A stretch of DNA of 64,000 nt from Haliotis rubra (GCF_003918875.1 NW_025765336.1:186001-250000), one strand, 5' to 3'. Positions 24,699 to 38,359 are shown, counted from the first letter of the stretch. Notes: generated by a model from the letters alone, not told the origin. Made by a program: numbers and translations.

Positions 24699-24846
24699 GG
24701 CGGTGGGGTAGCCTAGTGGTTAAAGTGTTCGCTCGTCACGCCGAAGACTCGGTTCCCATATGCGTACAATGTGTGAAGCCTATTTCTGGTGTTTCTCGAT
24801 ATTGCTGGACTATGGCTAAGAGCGGCGTAAAACTAAACTCACTCAC
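24699..24846 (+). mobile_element. SINE family 1 (paralogous to 1672)
   Basis: Same flanks as the 1672 copy. Confidence 0.88.
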
Positions 24847-25831
24847 ATATTGACGTTGTCTAACAAATGTAACGTATTGTAAGAAAATGTAGTTTGATTT
24901 ACAAGAAAGTGATCAGTTTAGAATGTGCAAGCAATTTGTTTTAAGACAGGTTCTCATACCAGTTTGTCGAGACAAAACACTTCTATATGAGTGCTCTTGT
25001 TTATTTAAAGTTATTCGTGGTGAATTGTGTTTCGAAAAGATGGACAAACAATTTATTATGACAGATGATGTCTCATAATAACAAATCACAAGCAGAGTCA
25101 GGAAGTGCTTTTGGATCGCAGAGTCTTCTGATATTGATTGGCACTTCCTGAAAACAACGTACCTTAACATCATCTTCAAACTGTTTCAATTTAAATTTTC
25201 TTATAAACTGTCAAATTCCGTCGTGCGATTTTGACGGGGAAATTTGACATTTTGTAGCTGTTGTCTCCTCTTTCTTGTTTTAATGGGGTAGGGGGTGGGG
25301 TGCGTGGGTGTTGTTTGGTGTGTTGGTTGTGTTGGGTTTGTATTTGTTGGGTTTGTTTTTGTCTACGCTACGTTTTTGTTTCTTATTGTTGCTCCTGTTT
25401 TTTGCTTAATTTTTTTGCTTACTTTTTTGGGGGGTCTCTTCTCTCTTTTTTCTTTTTTTGGGGGGTGTCTTTTTTATTGCCAAATGTCGCAAATGTAATA
25501 TGTGAAGGGGGATAATACCTGACCTTTACCTGGAAAGTAATTTCGATGGCTAAATATATGCATCATCTGTGCAGGTTTTAAGAATGACGTGGTATGTAAA
25601 TCCATATCGCTTTGTCCTTGACCTAGTGTTACTGGTATTTGAGTGTAGGTGTCGAATGTCATGTGATGGAGTTCCGATCCTCCATTTCATTCCACGCCAT
25701 ATGTACAGACCTTTGGAATAGAGACAGACTAGTTACGATCTAAGTGTGGAACTATATAGGCACACCTTTCTGTGGCATCATGTTGTGTGAGTGAGAGCAT
25801 AGGGAAAGTGTTGTGGCGGTCGGCAGGGCGT

Positions 25832-25977
25832 NNNNNNNNNNNNNNNNNNNNNNNNNNNNNNNNNNNNNNNNNNNNNNNNNNNNNNNNNNNNNNNNNNNNN
25901 NNNNNNNNNNNNNNNNNNNNNNNNNNNNNNNNNNNNNNNNNNNNNNNNNNNNNNNNNNNNNNNNNNNNNNNNNNNNN
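25832..25977. other. Assembly gap, 146 N
   Basis: Seen directly. Confidence 1.
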
Positions 25978-28834
25978 AATGTGTCGCAAAAAGTCATTAA
26001 CCAAATCCACTTCAAATGACAGACAATAACGAGGCTTAGCTTTGATCACAGCTTTAACCTATCCACTCACTATCCAAAAGATTCCTTGCTGACATCCTAT
26101 TCGCCCATTGTCCTCATTCACTGATATGACACTTCAAACTATTAACACTTGTTTTCGTCGCTTCACGGCTGAAATAATAACTTCACTCACTCATCACATA
26201 TCCACAAGACAAGCACTCTTATAGATCATAAAAGACATGCAGTCGGTGGACAATTCAAATGGTAAAGACGAGACAATTTAAGAACATTTGCTACAATACC
26301 CAAGATCTTCACAGAGGCAGCACCACCAAGGCTCGCCCAATTCACTTGCACGTGGGCGTCCATACTGACTTCTTTTTCCTCAATTACGACGGACAAGATG
26401 TAAAATCTCGTCATATATGAAGGAAGTCGAACCACCAGCAAGAAATCCTTATAATTGCATATGAAAAGGAATATGTGTTTTTTCTGTGGTTGGTTTTATA
26501 TCATTCTAACATGACACTGCTTAAGCGCACTTTCAAATAAAAGATGTGAGTTCATCGATTGAACATTTGACACCATCTCTTATTTCAAAACGCATTAGGT
26601 TTATCTCCCAATATCCATGCAGAGCTAGATTGCCACAGGTTTCATTTGGATCTGTTAAACGAAAGAACTATCTTATATATTGACATTTAAATCCACATTG
26701 AACCGGGTCATATTATTGTGCGGAAGTTTATTATAAAATACAAAATAAAAAGATGGTTTGTTCGCTTCATAGAATTTCTATCGAACAAAAGTCTGCTTCG
26801 TACTCCGTTTATACGAGGCAGTACAGCTATACGCACCTTAAATCAACGTTTGGACAATCTAATGTGGATATTTCAAATTGGAGTCATTTTTTTATTTTTA
26901 TGTATGATCCAGAAAAGTCCTCTTGATCCAGAAAAGTCTTCTTGATCCGTCAGAATTTCATTGCAATTTACTGCATTTCAATATCATAAACTCACAAGGT
27001 TTATAACAGTTTCGATATATCATGTGCTTATTTACCCATTGTCAAATGAAGCAAGCATGTAGAGTCATGAAGCTCCCATCCTGGTAATGTGTGAGATCAT
27101 TATCGCCACTTACAAGCAGAGCTAAGCTTGTGGAAGCAGCGGCCGTAAAACACGCAGCAAAATGGCCAACTATCAACAACTTTTGTTTCCTTTGAATCTT
27201 TAAAGCTAATGGAACAGAGCACGCTGTCATTTTTAGAACAACCTGTGAGGTTATTAGGCAATACCAATATCATGTTCAGCATCTCGCTGTTTTCCCAATA
27301 ACTTGAACACCATTAAAACTTCTTGTGGAAAGTTAAAATCATGAGAAAGTGAGGGAGCGGGTGATAGACGTTTCGAACGCACACACGAAAATACCTAATT
27401 ATAATATAATACAAATATTTTCAAATAGAACAATGACAGAGAACACCTAGTCTCGTTTATCCGACGAAACAGATTGGATTGGACCTTGAAAGCAACATAA
27501 CAGGAAAATTATATGAATTAACACTGAAATTCAGTGATGAACACCACGTGTCGTGAAAAGAGTAAATCAGTCCTGCCCTACTGTTTATAGAGCACATCAA
27601 CTGCATACATCCTGATATAACAGACATATATACTGACGTACAAAAGAAAGTACACATCTGATGCTTTGGTAAATGTTTCCCTGAAAACAACGTAATATTT
27701 AAAAAAGTGTTTTGATTGCGACTCACAAGTCACAAACACTGTGTACGTGTTGCAATAACACCATAGATATCGTACCCAATTTGAACATTGCTAGCAAAAT
27801 ATTTACTTTGTTTTAATAGTCTCAAAAGACATCTGTACTTTTATACATCAGTATCATCCATCGATCTTACACTCATATTCAGTTCCAATAACATCATCCT
27901 CCAACAGGAAAGAATTTTGAATATATGTATGTTACAAAACAGAAGAAAAACGTGTTAACGCATTGCTATTTTATGAACAAAACAATGTTCCAATCCATAG
28001 AAACAGTCTCGGTTGTACAATGTCTTTTGAATATGAAATGTGTTTTCTCACATATATTTCCACGAGTCAATCATATCAAACTTTAATTGCGTATCAGGAC
28101 AAATCTAGGACAAATATGTGTATTTCTGCTCCACACTTAAATGAATCCGACCAATGGAAAAAGATGTCTTCAGTAGTTCTAGTTTGGTTTGATAATATTC
28201 TTTTTTGCTTTTGAAGCCTCTGAGGCAAGAACGAAGCTATAATAAGCACATGTGAACAATGTGGTTGCACCACTCTGTCACCATGTACTCAACATTAAAC
28301 ATTTCATTCTCGGATTTGGTTTGACATAACACACTTGTGTAGACATTTCAATATCTTAATTTGTCCAAGCACCAGAATCAGTGCGACGGCTGCTCACCCA
28401 GTCAACCAATGACCGTTCATGCGTCAGTACTTACGAAGCAAATCAATAGCCATTTAGTTATATGGAATGTGACTGGTAAATTGAGGACGGTCATTATTCA
28501 ATTTGGACAAATAGGGCATCCATCTAAATGAATTGGGTCATGTTCTCAGACAGATGATGACCCTTCGCTGATTAATAAGGGCTTGACATTTGCACTGAAG
28601 CCCTAAACTACTTTGATACAAGTGACGGTTATTCAAACTGTTGCCTTACGCAGGAAGAAACGATATACCTGTTTAACAGCCAGAGTAATCTTAAAGGTTC
28701 TATTTTTACAGGGAGGCAGTTGAAAACCCGTCGGCACGTTTAACACGTCAAACTATCAAAGGTATTTCTATTCCATCTCTGTCATAAGATGGTAAACAGT
28801 TTCAAGAAAGTACGAAGTCTTCATGAACTGGTGT

Positions 28835-29271
28835 ACGTAAGTCCCAAAACTTTGAAAGTCAATTTAAAATAACCAGGAATTTTAAACGTAGTATTCTTGT
28901 TATTTTAAATTTGGCTAACATTTCTTATAATCGCCAACGGCTGAAGGGATGGTGTAAATCCAACTAGGGTCCATGCAGGTAGCAAAGGTACTGTAAGTCC
29001 CCATGGTCCCTAGTATGGTGATCTGCCTTCTGTTGTTGACGATCTATAGCCTGTTTTTATATTGTTTTGTCCCAATAGTGCTATTAGTTTTAAACTTTCC
29101 ACGCTAGTTTTAATTCTAATTGTGATATTCTAGTTGTTTTACTGTCCTTCGTCGACAGGTTTTTATAATATACATATATTCCACTTCAAAATTAAATATG
29201 TTCTCGTCACGATATGGCTGCACTATTGCCGATGTGACGTTAAACAATAACTCACTCACTCACTCACTCAC
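28835..29271 (+). mobile_element. 5'-truncated LINE 3' end with (CACT)n tail (possibly I/Nimb group)
   Basis: 14-bp TSD TCATGAACTGGTGT; no Pol III head; ends CACGATATGGCTGCACTATTGCCGATGTGACGTTAAAC..(CACT)n; absent from copy 2. Clade is a guess. Confidence 0.75.
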
Positions 29272-29623
29272 TCATGAACTGGTGTTGCCCTGTCCAACTG
29301 TAGTGATTGATTTCATAGGTCACTACACACTACATCTTATCAAACAGTCAGTGACTAGGTCAGTTTAGGATGCTAAACGTGCCGTGTTAGGTTTTCTAGA
29401 AAGTATTCCGTGGGCAGACTGTCATAAAAAAGAATTTAACAAACCTACATTTGCTAGCACCAAACGTGTATCTTTGTAGAGAGAGAAACACATTGTACTT
29501 TTGCTCAACAATTACTTTTGTAAGTGTAACATGTAATATGGTGTCGTTGACAAAATATAAGAAACGTCTTGATACACTTGGCATCTTGAAACAACGCAAC
29601 TGTACAGTGGTCTGATATAAGGA

Positions 29624-29796
29624 CTGACTGACTGACTGACTGAGTATGGTTTTACGCCGCTTTTAGAAATATTCCAGCAACATCACGGCGGGGGACACCA
29701 AAAATGGGCTTCACACATTGTACTCATGTGGGGATTCGAACCCGGGTCTTCGGCGTGACGAGCCAACGCTTTAACCATTAGGCTACCCCACCACCC
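29624..29796 (-). mobile_element. SINE family 1, full length, (CAGT)n tail
   Basis: TSD CTGATATAAGGA. Confidence 0.95.
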
Positions 29797-30045
29797 CTGA
29801 TATAAGGAGCCCATGCACATGTTAAATTTGACAGTTAAGGTCTCTTGTGTCGCCATATCATTTTATGGCTGAAAATAGATTGCCACATTAAACCATTGGC
29901 TCTGCATCAACATGGAGTTTTGCTTTTGGAATGCCTTAGACCAATTAATGACATCGTAATACCCTTGAACAGTGTTTGAGTTATATCACCTCTTAAAGTA
30001 AACAAAGTATATAGTCACTGGTATCGAGATTTAGTTTTATGTTTC

Positions 30046-30211
30046 GGGTGGTGGGGTTAGCCTAGAGCTTAAAGCGTTGGCTCGTCACGCCGAAGGCCCG
30101 GGTTCGATTCCCCACATGGGTGCAATGTGTGAAGCCCATTTCTGGTGTCCCCCGACGTGATATTGCTGGAATATTGCTATAAGCGGCGTAAAACAAAACT
30201 CACTCACTCAC
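30046..30211 (+). mobile_element. SINE family 1, full length
   Basis: TSD TAGTTTTATGTTT. Confidence 0.95.
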
Positions 30212-30342
30212 TAGTTTTATGTTTGAATAAAGAATACCATATTAAACCATCTGAGATACATCTAGACACAGTTTTAACTGCCGAAGTCAAATTGTGGACG
30301 CAGTAATACTGCAATAAGGAAGGCCAATCATTCTTCTACTGC

Positions 30343-31420
30343 AAGCCATGTTACCCTACAAAGTAAGCCATGCTACACTACAGCGTAAGCCATGCTACAC
30401 TACAACGTAGGCCATGCTACAATACAACGTAGGCCATGCTACAATACAAAGTAAGCCATGCTGTGTCACTGTGTGTCTGTCTGTGTCTCTGTCTGTCTCT
30501 GTCCTTCATTCTGTCTGTCTCTGTGTCCGTGTCTGTCTCGTGTCTCTGTCTGTCTCTCTGATCATGATTCTGCTACAACGTCTGTCTGCTACTGTTCTAA
30601 CGTGAAGCCAGGTGCTGTCTCTGTCTCGGTCCTGTGTGTCTCTGTCAAATTAATGATGTCTGTCTGGTCTGTCAGGTGTTACATGGTCATTCTGTCTGTG
30701 TCTGTAGAAGTCTCGTGATAGTGGTCTGTCTGTCGTGGACCATGTGTGATAAAATGATTGTGATGGAGTCAAAGTTGTGATACAAGCATCTGACACTTCT
30801 CTGATGGATGCTGATGGGCTCGTGCTGATGGGATCGTGGAAGCTGACGTGATCCACTATGGCTTGTGGACCGTGCTACACACTGAAACGTAAATGCATGC
30901 ACTACAGACATGGAGTGATGTTGTGCCTTCCCATGCCTTCATGCTTCATCTCCACACTGTTACCTACATACTATGGGGATCATGCTATGTCACCATATTC
31001 CATGCCATACTACTACCATACTATCATATACCTAGCATGGCCATACCTATTCCATACTACCCTTCCTTCGTGTTACCTCACCATACCTTTTCCTTATGCC
31101 ATGCCATCCATATTTCACCATGCTACCATACTATTTTTCCGTACCATACTACCTTCATGCCATACTATTTTCCTTCCTTTTCTTTATCCTTCATTCCTTC
31201 ATACTATGCCTGATTGCATGCTACACTCATTACTACATGTATTTCCATGCCTTCATATACTGTCCATACTACATCTCCATGCCTGTCTTCGTGCCTGTGT
31301 CTGTCATGCTACTGTGTCCTGTTCTGGCCATGCCATGCATTCTGTGTCTCTGTGTCTTCCTCTCGGTCCTGTCTGTCTGTCTGGTCTGATGATCTGATGA
31401 TGATGTGAGGTGCTATGACG
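30343..31420. repeat. 22-bp minisatellite (AAGCCATGCTACACTACAACGT, about 5.5 copies) running into degenerate (TGTC)n and CCAT-rich low-complexity sequence
   Basis: Seen directly; fragments of the unit recur inside the low-complexity tract. Confidence 0.8.
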
Positions 31421-31522
31421 ATGATTCTCACACTATAGGAGTAGATTAATATGTCTTCTGATGTCAAATGTTACAATGGGTGCTGTTGCTGTATATATAA
31501 TTGTTCCGAAGAATCATTCAGA

Positions 31523-31790
31523 GTGAGTGAGTGAGTTTAGTTTTACGCCGCACTCAGCAATATTCCAGCTATATGACGGCGGTCTGTAAATAATCGAATC
31601 TGGGCCTGACAATCCAGTGATCAACAGCATGAACATCGATCTGCGCAATTGGGAACCGATGACATGTGTCAACCAAGTCAGCGAGCCTGACCACCCGATC
31701 CCGTTAGTCGCCTCTTACGACAAGCATAGTGGCTTTTTATGGCAAGCATGGGTTGCTGAAGACCTATTCTACCCCGGATCTTCACGTGTC
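31523..31790 (-). mobile_element. SINE family 2, near full length
   Basis: TSD GAATCATTCAGA; core TTAGTCGCCTCTTACGACAAGCA; (GAGT)n tail. Confidence 0.95.
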
Positions 31791-33034
31791 GAATCATTCA
31801 GAAACCAAGGGATGATTATGCCTACATTTCAACCATACAACAAAAAGATCCCTGTCAGATGCTCTCATACAACGGTGCTATAATACCACAGGGACTATCG
31901 TCAAGACCAACTCTTGATAATTTGGCAGTCTGAGGAGGGGACCTAAGCCATAAAACAAAAATCGAATCTGACCTGTTTCCTTGTGTCGACCTATTTATTT
32001 CCTCTCATAGAGAAGAACGTTTATCAGAATGACCAATGTACGGAAATAAGGTGGATTACAGACAAGAGACAGAGCAAATTGTAAGAGATCTTAAGCCTAC
32101 ATTGAACCCCCACGCAGCATTAATCAAGTGTCGATTCAGACAGTACTAATTACGCCCCAGTTTGTTGGAGGGTTGGAACTGTGATATTATACAGAGATAT
32201 CTCAATATTTAGAATATTAGTCTAGTCACAGATTTTTACCATGGTACTAAATCAGCAGTACATTCCATTGATTTTATCATTTGTTAAATAATAATTTAAT
32301 TTTTTGTTTTGTTAGAGATATTATTCAAAAAAGACTTGTACTGGCGCTACATGCTTTTATGTTTTTTTAATACGTTTGGGTTTTCACTTTATGGAAAAAG
32401 TTGGCATAAATCCAAACTGCTTACTTTTAATCTTTGAAAAGCAGTGACAATAATCGACTCAAATTTAAAGCTTTCCAAACATGCCAGAGGCGATGCCTAT
32501 GTACATTATCCCAGTCTTCAATGAACCAATTGATTTTTAGCAAATTACACTGCCACATATTATTTTTTGCAAACTGTTGCAGTTTCAGTTTACAGAATAA
32601 AATTAAACAAATTGGCTGTTTTCATCTGTCTGCCACAATCCATTCAATATCGTGCAAACCTAGTTACACCCACGCGTCTCTGGGCAAGTAAATTGATGAT
32701 ACCAGATCTTCGTCAACCGAGTTAACATTTCCAAAGCTAATTTCCGTCGGTCAGTAATATGTAAGTTCCCTTCTGTACATGTCATCAGTGAACCTTTTCC
32801 ACACATGTATTCAGTTACATCAGAGCTGAAATGGTTCAAGTTTATTCATAGAAAGCCATCCTTACACGAAGTCTATCAAAACGTCCGTCCATAGGGCCAA
32901 ATATACTTCACGTTGTCATTACGCACAGGTTTCCTTTGCGGGAAGGTCTATAACGAGGGTGTGGAAATGGTCGACAAGTGATGTCGGTAAAGGTTTGTTG
33001 CAGTAGATGAGGATGTGTTTTACAAAGGTCTAAA

Positions 33035-33151
33035 GGTTACTGGTTAAAGCGTTCGCTCGTCACGCCGAAGACCCGGGTTCGATTCCCCAAGTGGGTAAAA
33101 TGTGCGAATCTCATTTCAGGTGATATTGCTAGAATATTCACTCTCACTCAC
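33035..33151 (+). mobile_element. SINE family 1, internally deleted
   Basis: Head TGGTTAAAGCGTTCGCTCGTCACGCCGAAGACCCGGGTTCGATTCCCC. Confidence 0.85.
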
Positions 33152-33699
33152 TTCACATTCAGATTTGCTCTCGCATAGTCCTTGATCTGCGTACGGCTAT
33201 AAAATTACACAGAAATGTAGAATATTAAATTTAATATCGATTGGCGGTTTAATACATCGGCGGTTTGAGAAATAGACACTGCTAAATGTTGTCCAACAGT
33301 TAAAAAACAGTAAATGTCTCGCCTTTTTGTCGTGCACTGATATAAGCACTGTGCCAAGTTTTTTTTAATTTGGCATCTTTACGGAAAGTGTGAGCAAAGA
33401 AAATACACCCTGATAGAACGACATAAGTGTATATGAAATGGGTTTATGTGCTTATGCAGAACGTTATACGCTCAACATTAAAAATGACTCGCAATAAATG
33501 TCGATAAAGGATTTTCTTGTATGACGTCAAACGACGACAGAGAGGTCATGCGCGTATAAGATAAGGGGGCATAACTCCGCTATGTTTAACACTAGGTCAA
33601 TGTAACTCAGATCACTTGGAGAGAATTTGTTGTGGATACGGACGCTATATTTTCCTTATGTGTTGTTGACCGTGAATCAAACTATTCCAATACAAAGTT

Positions 33700-34860
33700 A
33701 CACAATGTGAGCGGATACGTTTTGGTAGTTTCACAATTTATAAGAAAAGATGACAATATACTACATGAGAAAGCACGTAGTAGCGACTCTGCTGGCCCTA
33801 TGCACTATCGTTTCACTGGGGAATCATCAGCGGAACATTTAAACGATATCGACAAAACCCTTTCTTTTAAGATATATCTGCTTAAAGTCCATGTATTGTT
33901 CAGATTATATCATAAGCGTGTGTATATTCAGAACTATTCGATTTTTAGAATATGCTCTTGTAAATTTTTACAGTCCTCCTTTTGAGGAGATAGTCTCTGA
34001 AATTCTGCGGTTTATTTGCCGGGCCATGCATGAAGGTGTCTTTGTATGGATTGTTATTGAACTTTGGAGGCACAAGTATTTATGTTTAGTCAAGTCAGTC
34101 GATAGATGCCTGTTTTGGACATTCTTATTGATACATTGAGAGTAAATACTTAACTAAGAGGCTGGTAGCAGTCACGTAAGTCTTGAAGTTGAGTTGCCAA
34201 ATTCATGAGTTGCCCAATTCTGAACCATGTTCCAAAGTGAACACATTGGATGAGATTCCCCTCCTATTGGTAAATGACACTTATGCTGGTTCTGGGAATT
34301 TGTTTAACATTTTGGAAAAAGACTTTAGTCCGATAATGTTGCTTAAGGTGAAAAAATAATTGCAACATTGTTTTTGTTAAGCATTCAGTAGTTAGATTTT
34401 ATCGCAGGCTCTCTTTGAAAAACGTTTCAAAGCAATGCAAGAACTATAATTTCAAGTCGATCGTTACTGTCTTTTGGTACATGGTAACTGTTGCAGAAGT
34501 CGTTTTATTTCTTTCAACCATACAAGATAATTTTGTACAGTCTGAATTGTTGCTGAAGGAGGGGCAGCATATAAACAAATGGGGGGGGGGGAATTGGGGG
34601 TGACTACATAACTATATCTATTTGGTTTACAGCATGCAATAGATACAGCAATACCATTCGTATTTATTTTAAAACATTGTTTACGTTTTCTGCAAATTAA
34701 AAGTTTCTTGAAATTATTATAAGTCATCTTATTCCATAGCATACCTACTCAACAACATTACCCCGCTAGCAAAGGACGTGCCATAACAACATGAGAAACT
34801 ATTCGAAGGGGATGTAGAATGGCCAATGGCTTTTCAAATTATGCACATAACAGTCAGGTT
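33700..34860 (-). pseudogene. PLE relic A, copy 3 (5'-truncated at the end of the triplication)
   Basis: TSFASGVMLLSRY vs copy 2 MSFAGGVMLMSRY; IALKRFSKRACDK; nucleotide colinearity with 6840-7370. Confidence 0.6.
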
Positions 34861-34869
34861 CCACAATGA

Positions 34870-35039
34870 GTGAGTGAGTGAGTGAGTTTGGTTTTACGCC
34901 GTTTTTAGCAATATTCCAGCAATATCACGGCAGGGGACACCAGAAATGGGCTTCACACATTGTACCCATTTGGGGAATCGAACCCGGGCCTTCGGCGTGA
35001 CGAGGGAACGCTTTAACCACAAGGCAACCCCACCAACCC
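34870..35039 (-). mobile_element. SINE family 1, full length
   Basis: Flanking repeat CCACAATGAG. Confidence 0.93.
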
Positions 35040-35534
35040 GGTGCCACAATGAGGGCACTTATGATCTATAATGTACACTGAAGCTTCACACATTGTAACT
35101 ATGTGAGAAATCGAACCAGGGCCTTCGGCGTGACGAGCGAACCACAACCATTTCTGGTTGGAACAGTGTGATTATCTAAGGACTAAGTGATCGTTCACCA
35201 AAGGTAATTGTTTGATCGGCATTCTAGAAGTTGCCGTATGCTTCGTTACGTACACCGCGACAAAAATGTTACAAGGTGTAATAATGTTCTTCTTTTTAAT
35301 AATGCATCATTGATACTGAATCGATATTTTGATATTGTTGACAATAATGATAAAGTTTGTGTATATGGACCAAGATAGAAATTACAAGATTTGCCAATAA
35401 GCTGTACACCTCTCACCCAATATCGAAGTTGTCACAGTGCTTGAGATGAGGAAAGAAAAGATTCACTTTGGCCACTGGCAATCGATATACATGTTCTCGT
35501 GGAAACTCCGGGGAAGAATTGAAACTGAAACAGA

Positions 35535-35616
35535 TCAGTTATCCCGATTAGTTATCAGTTATCCCGATTAGTTATCAGTTATCCCGATTAGTTATCAGTT
35601 ATCCTGATTAGTTATA
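35535..35616. repeat. 20-bp tandem repeat, 4 copies (CAGTTATCCCGATTAGTTAT)
   Basis: Seen directly. Confidence 0.95.
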
Positions 35617-37749
35617 GAGTCAAAGAAACATCAAAACTCAAAGTTATATCATCAAAGATAATTCTTACAACTTTTATTCTGTCTGTATACACTGATAACT
35701 ATGATCTTGAGTGTTAATACTAGGTAGCTGTCTTCAGTGACAAAGGGATTAGTGATTTCATTGTGTCGTCATATAACTGGTGACGTCACAATGATCTGCA
35801 AAGCCTTGTTATGTAATTCCCTGTTGTCTCGCAGTATTTCTCCTGTGGAAGCTAATTTCGATGAAAAATATTTTGTTCGTGAATTTATATGTTGTACAAA
35901 CACAATACTCGACTTATAAACCTATATAAATATGTACATGCAGACTTGTGAAGTTGGGTTGCTTCAGGAACAAATTCGTGAAACATAAACGGTACCGCCA
36001 CTGAACATATGAACATGATTTGAAGTGATATACAATCGTAGCTCAAAGACCAGGCTGATTCCATGTTAACGCGCCCCAGTGGCGTGAATCGTTGCTCGTG
36101 TTATCAACCACTGGTTAACATGGTTCAGACTCAGTCACTTACAGACCACCGTTATCTGTAGTAAGGCTAATTGCGGCGTTAGACAACATTCACAAAATCC
36201 AGCAAATGCAATAAATTGTCCAGTCCCCAATTGTCTATTCCCAGTGACTTTAATTCTTAACTCACTCACTCACTCACCTACAGATGCAATCTAATACAAC
36301 CATGGCCCTATCCATCAGATGGGTTATCTCACCATTCTACACTGGTGTAATGATTGCGAGAATGTTAATTATTGCGCCATCTCTGAGAATAGTCACCAAA
36401 TGTCAGAAACACTCTCACAGAAACCCTCCATCACACAATCCACTCACTCCATCGGAGGTTGCCTGAATCTAGGGTTATTCAAAATCAGCATTAATATATC
36501 AAAATCAGTAAAAGCGGTAAGTTTTCAAAGTTTATTACGAAAATGAATTATCAAAGATATTACTGAGTAGAGTATCTGAAACTTTAGGGTTCGGATAGCA
36601 GATCAAGTGTTCCTTATGTTTGAACATTCGGCGTTAAGTGGACTGTGGGTATTCTCATCAGCATACAAAAACAAAAATGGCAAGAGATAATAGCTTCGAA
36701 AATGAACAGCTTAAAAAAGTAAGAAAATAAAATTACGTTAGGAAATAAGAAAGATCGTGTCAGCTCGACAGCGTTTGGTTTGTTAACCTTTCTACTATTT
36801 TCCTATTATATTTCTGCCGTATCGTCAAACAAATGCAACATGTCTGTGCGCACGTATTTGGATCAGGGAAGGATGTTTGGGGGACCTGAAACTCCATTTT
36901 CTACCTGCCTCACATGCACTGATCCATTCGTAACGACATAACATGACGTTTAGACCCTGGCTGTCAGTCATGTGTGATGGACATTTCTTCAAATTTGGAA
37001 TAAATCAGTTTCTTGTAATTGAAGTCACTGATGAAAAAACATCATAAATCATTCTGCTATCACTAGGAATTGTGGAGAATTAAAAACCTTTTCTCGCCCC
37101 CTTCCTGTTAGAAGTGCACAGCTACAGTAATGAACCAACCATGCTGACGTTGCATCACTTTGCAAATATTGGTTTTGTCTCCGAACTCCACGAGTGGTTT
37201 TGTTCGCCACCAGCTCTTGTGCGGCTTGCATGGCCAGACAAGACATTGCAGCTGAACTTACAGCCGAGCTGTCAATTCGGTAAGCAAATTTACAATTCAC
37301 GAGAACTGGCAATATTATAGCAATGTGTCTTATCACATGTGTCAGATGGAAGTGGGTAAAAAATCGTTACATGCCGGATTAAGCATGAAACTTCGCAAAG
37401 TGCTGGGGAATATCATGATAAAACATATTTTTCGGATGTACCAGATTTTTTGGGCCAATTTTCGAAAAATCCAAGATGGTCAAAGATTTCCAATTCTAAC
37501 ACTACATGACTTTTCCCCGCTGGATTAAAGCAGAAACCCTTGCACAGTGCTAAGGAACATCATGACAAAACATATTTTTGGGGTATGCCCGATTTGTTTT
37601 GCCTATTTTCGAAGTATGGCTTACTTGTTAACTTCCGAAGCGCTGCTGAAACAATACGGGGACAGAAGGATGAGTTTATTGCCTGGAGTGCACCCCATGC
37701 TCCTCGTCAATTGCTTTAATCCGGCAGGTAACGATTTTTACCCATAGCT

Positions 37750-38132
37750 TAGGGCTGCGCAATATAACCGGTTTACCGGTATTAACCGGTTCAGACATGC
37801 AAACGATACGTATTGCGATACGCTGATAGAAAACCGGTATTTTGACTTGTATTCGGAAAACTTCGTAACACTCGGAAACCTTGATGATTGTGGTAATGGT
37901 GGTGGGAATGATCGTGGTGAAAATTACATTTAAATATTATCTATATTCTTATTTTGTCATGATTAAAAGTTTTTATTAAAGCTTAATGAAGCATGGTGAT
38001 TTTGTTATGTTTTTGCTTTATAAATAAAGCGTTAACTTGATCATTAGTAGTTTATTGTTAAAAAAAACTTCTTGCAAAAAATTCTCTCGCAATATATCGC
38101 AATATGAAAATTCTCTGCAATACCCACCCCTA
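37750..38132. mobile_element. Non-autonomous hAT-like element (TAGGG...CCCTA)
   Basis: Same AACCGGT and GCAATATATCGCAATA subterminal motifs as 49154-49650; no TSD retained. Confidence 0.7.
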
Positions 38133-38359
38133 CACCTGACTACGTCACATCACAACAACAAACATCTCGGCCACATCCACATCTAAAGGAAGTGTTTAAG
38201 AATCAAATGGTGAAGACACCATATGTTTGGCAAAAGTTTATAATGTGGGTGGCATCCGTTAGAACAACCAACAGAAACCCAAGCGCTCCCGAAACACACC
38301 TGAACAGACGGTTACAATCAAAACCAGGCAACCCTGCCACAACACGCCTGAAAGGTCTG

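Larger units (their letters stand above)
1..34870. repeat. Tandem segmental triplication, unit about 12.2 kb (copy 1 from <1, copy 2 from 12272, copy 3 from 24442, truncated near 34.87 kb)
   Basis: Colinear shared blocks, e.g. 4201/14938/26998, 5467/17888/32037, 7320/19745/34470, 9312/21761, 11580/23700. Copies differ by private TE insertions and deletions. Confidence 0.95.

Noticed and set aside
25252-25480. Cys/Phe-rich transmembrane-looking ORFs
   Set aside because: GT/T-rich low-complexity tract specific to copy 3.
30858-31408. 179-aa hydrophobic ORF and overlapping ORFs
   Set aside because: Low-complexity, probably poorly assembled sequence; no domain or splice support.
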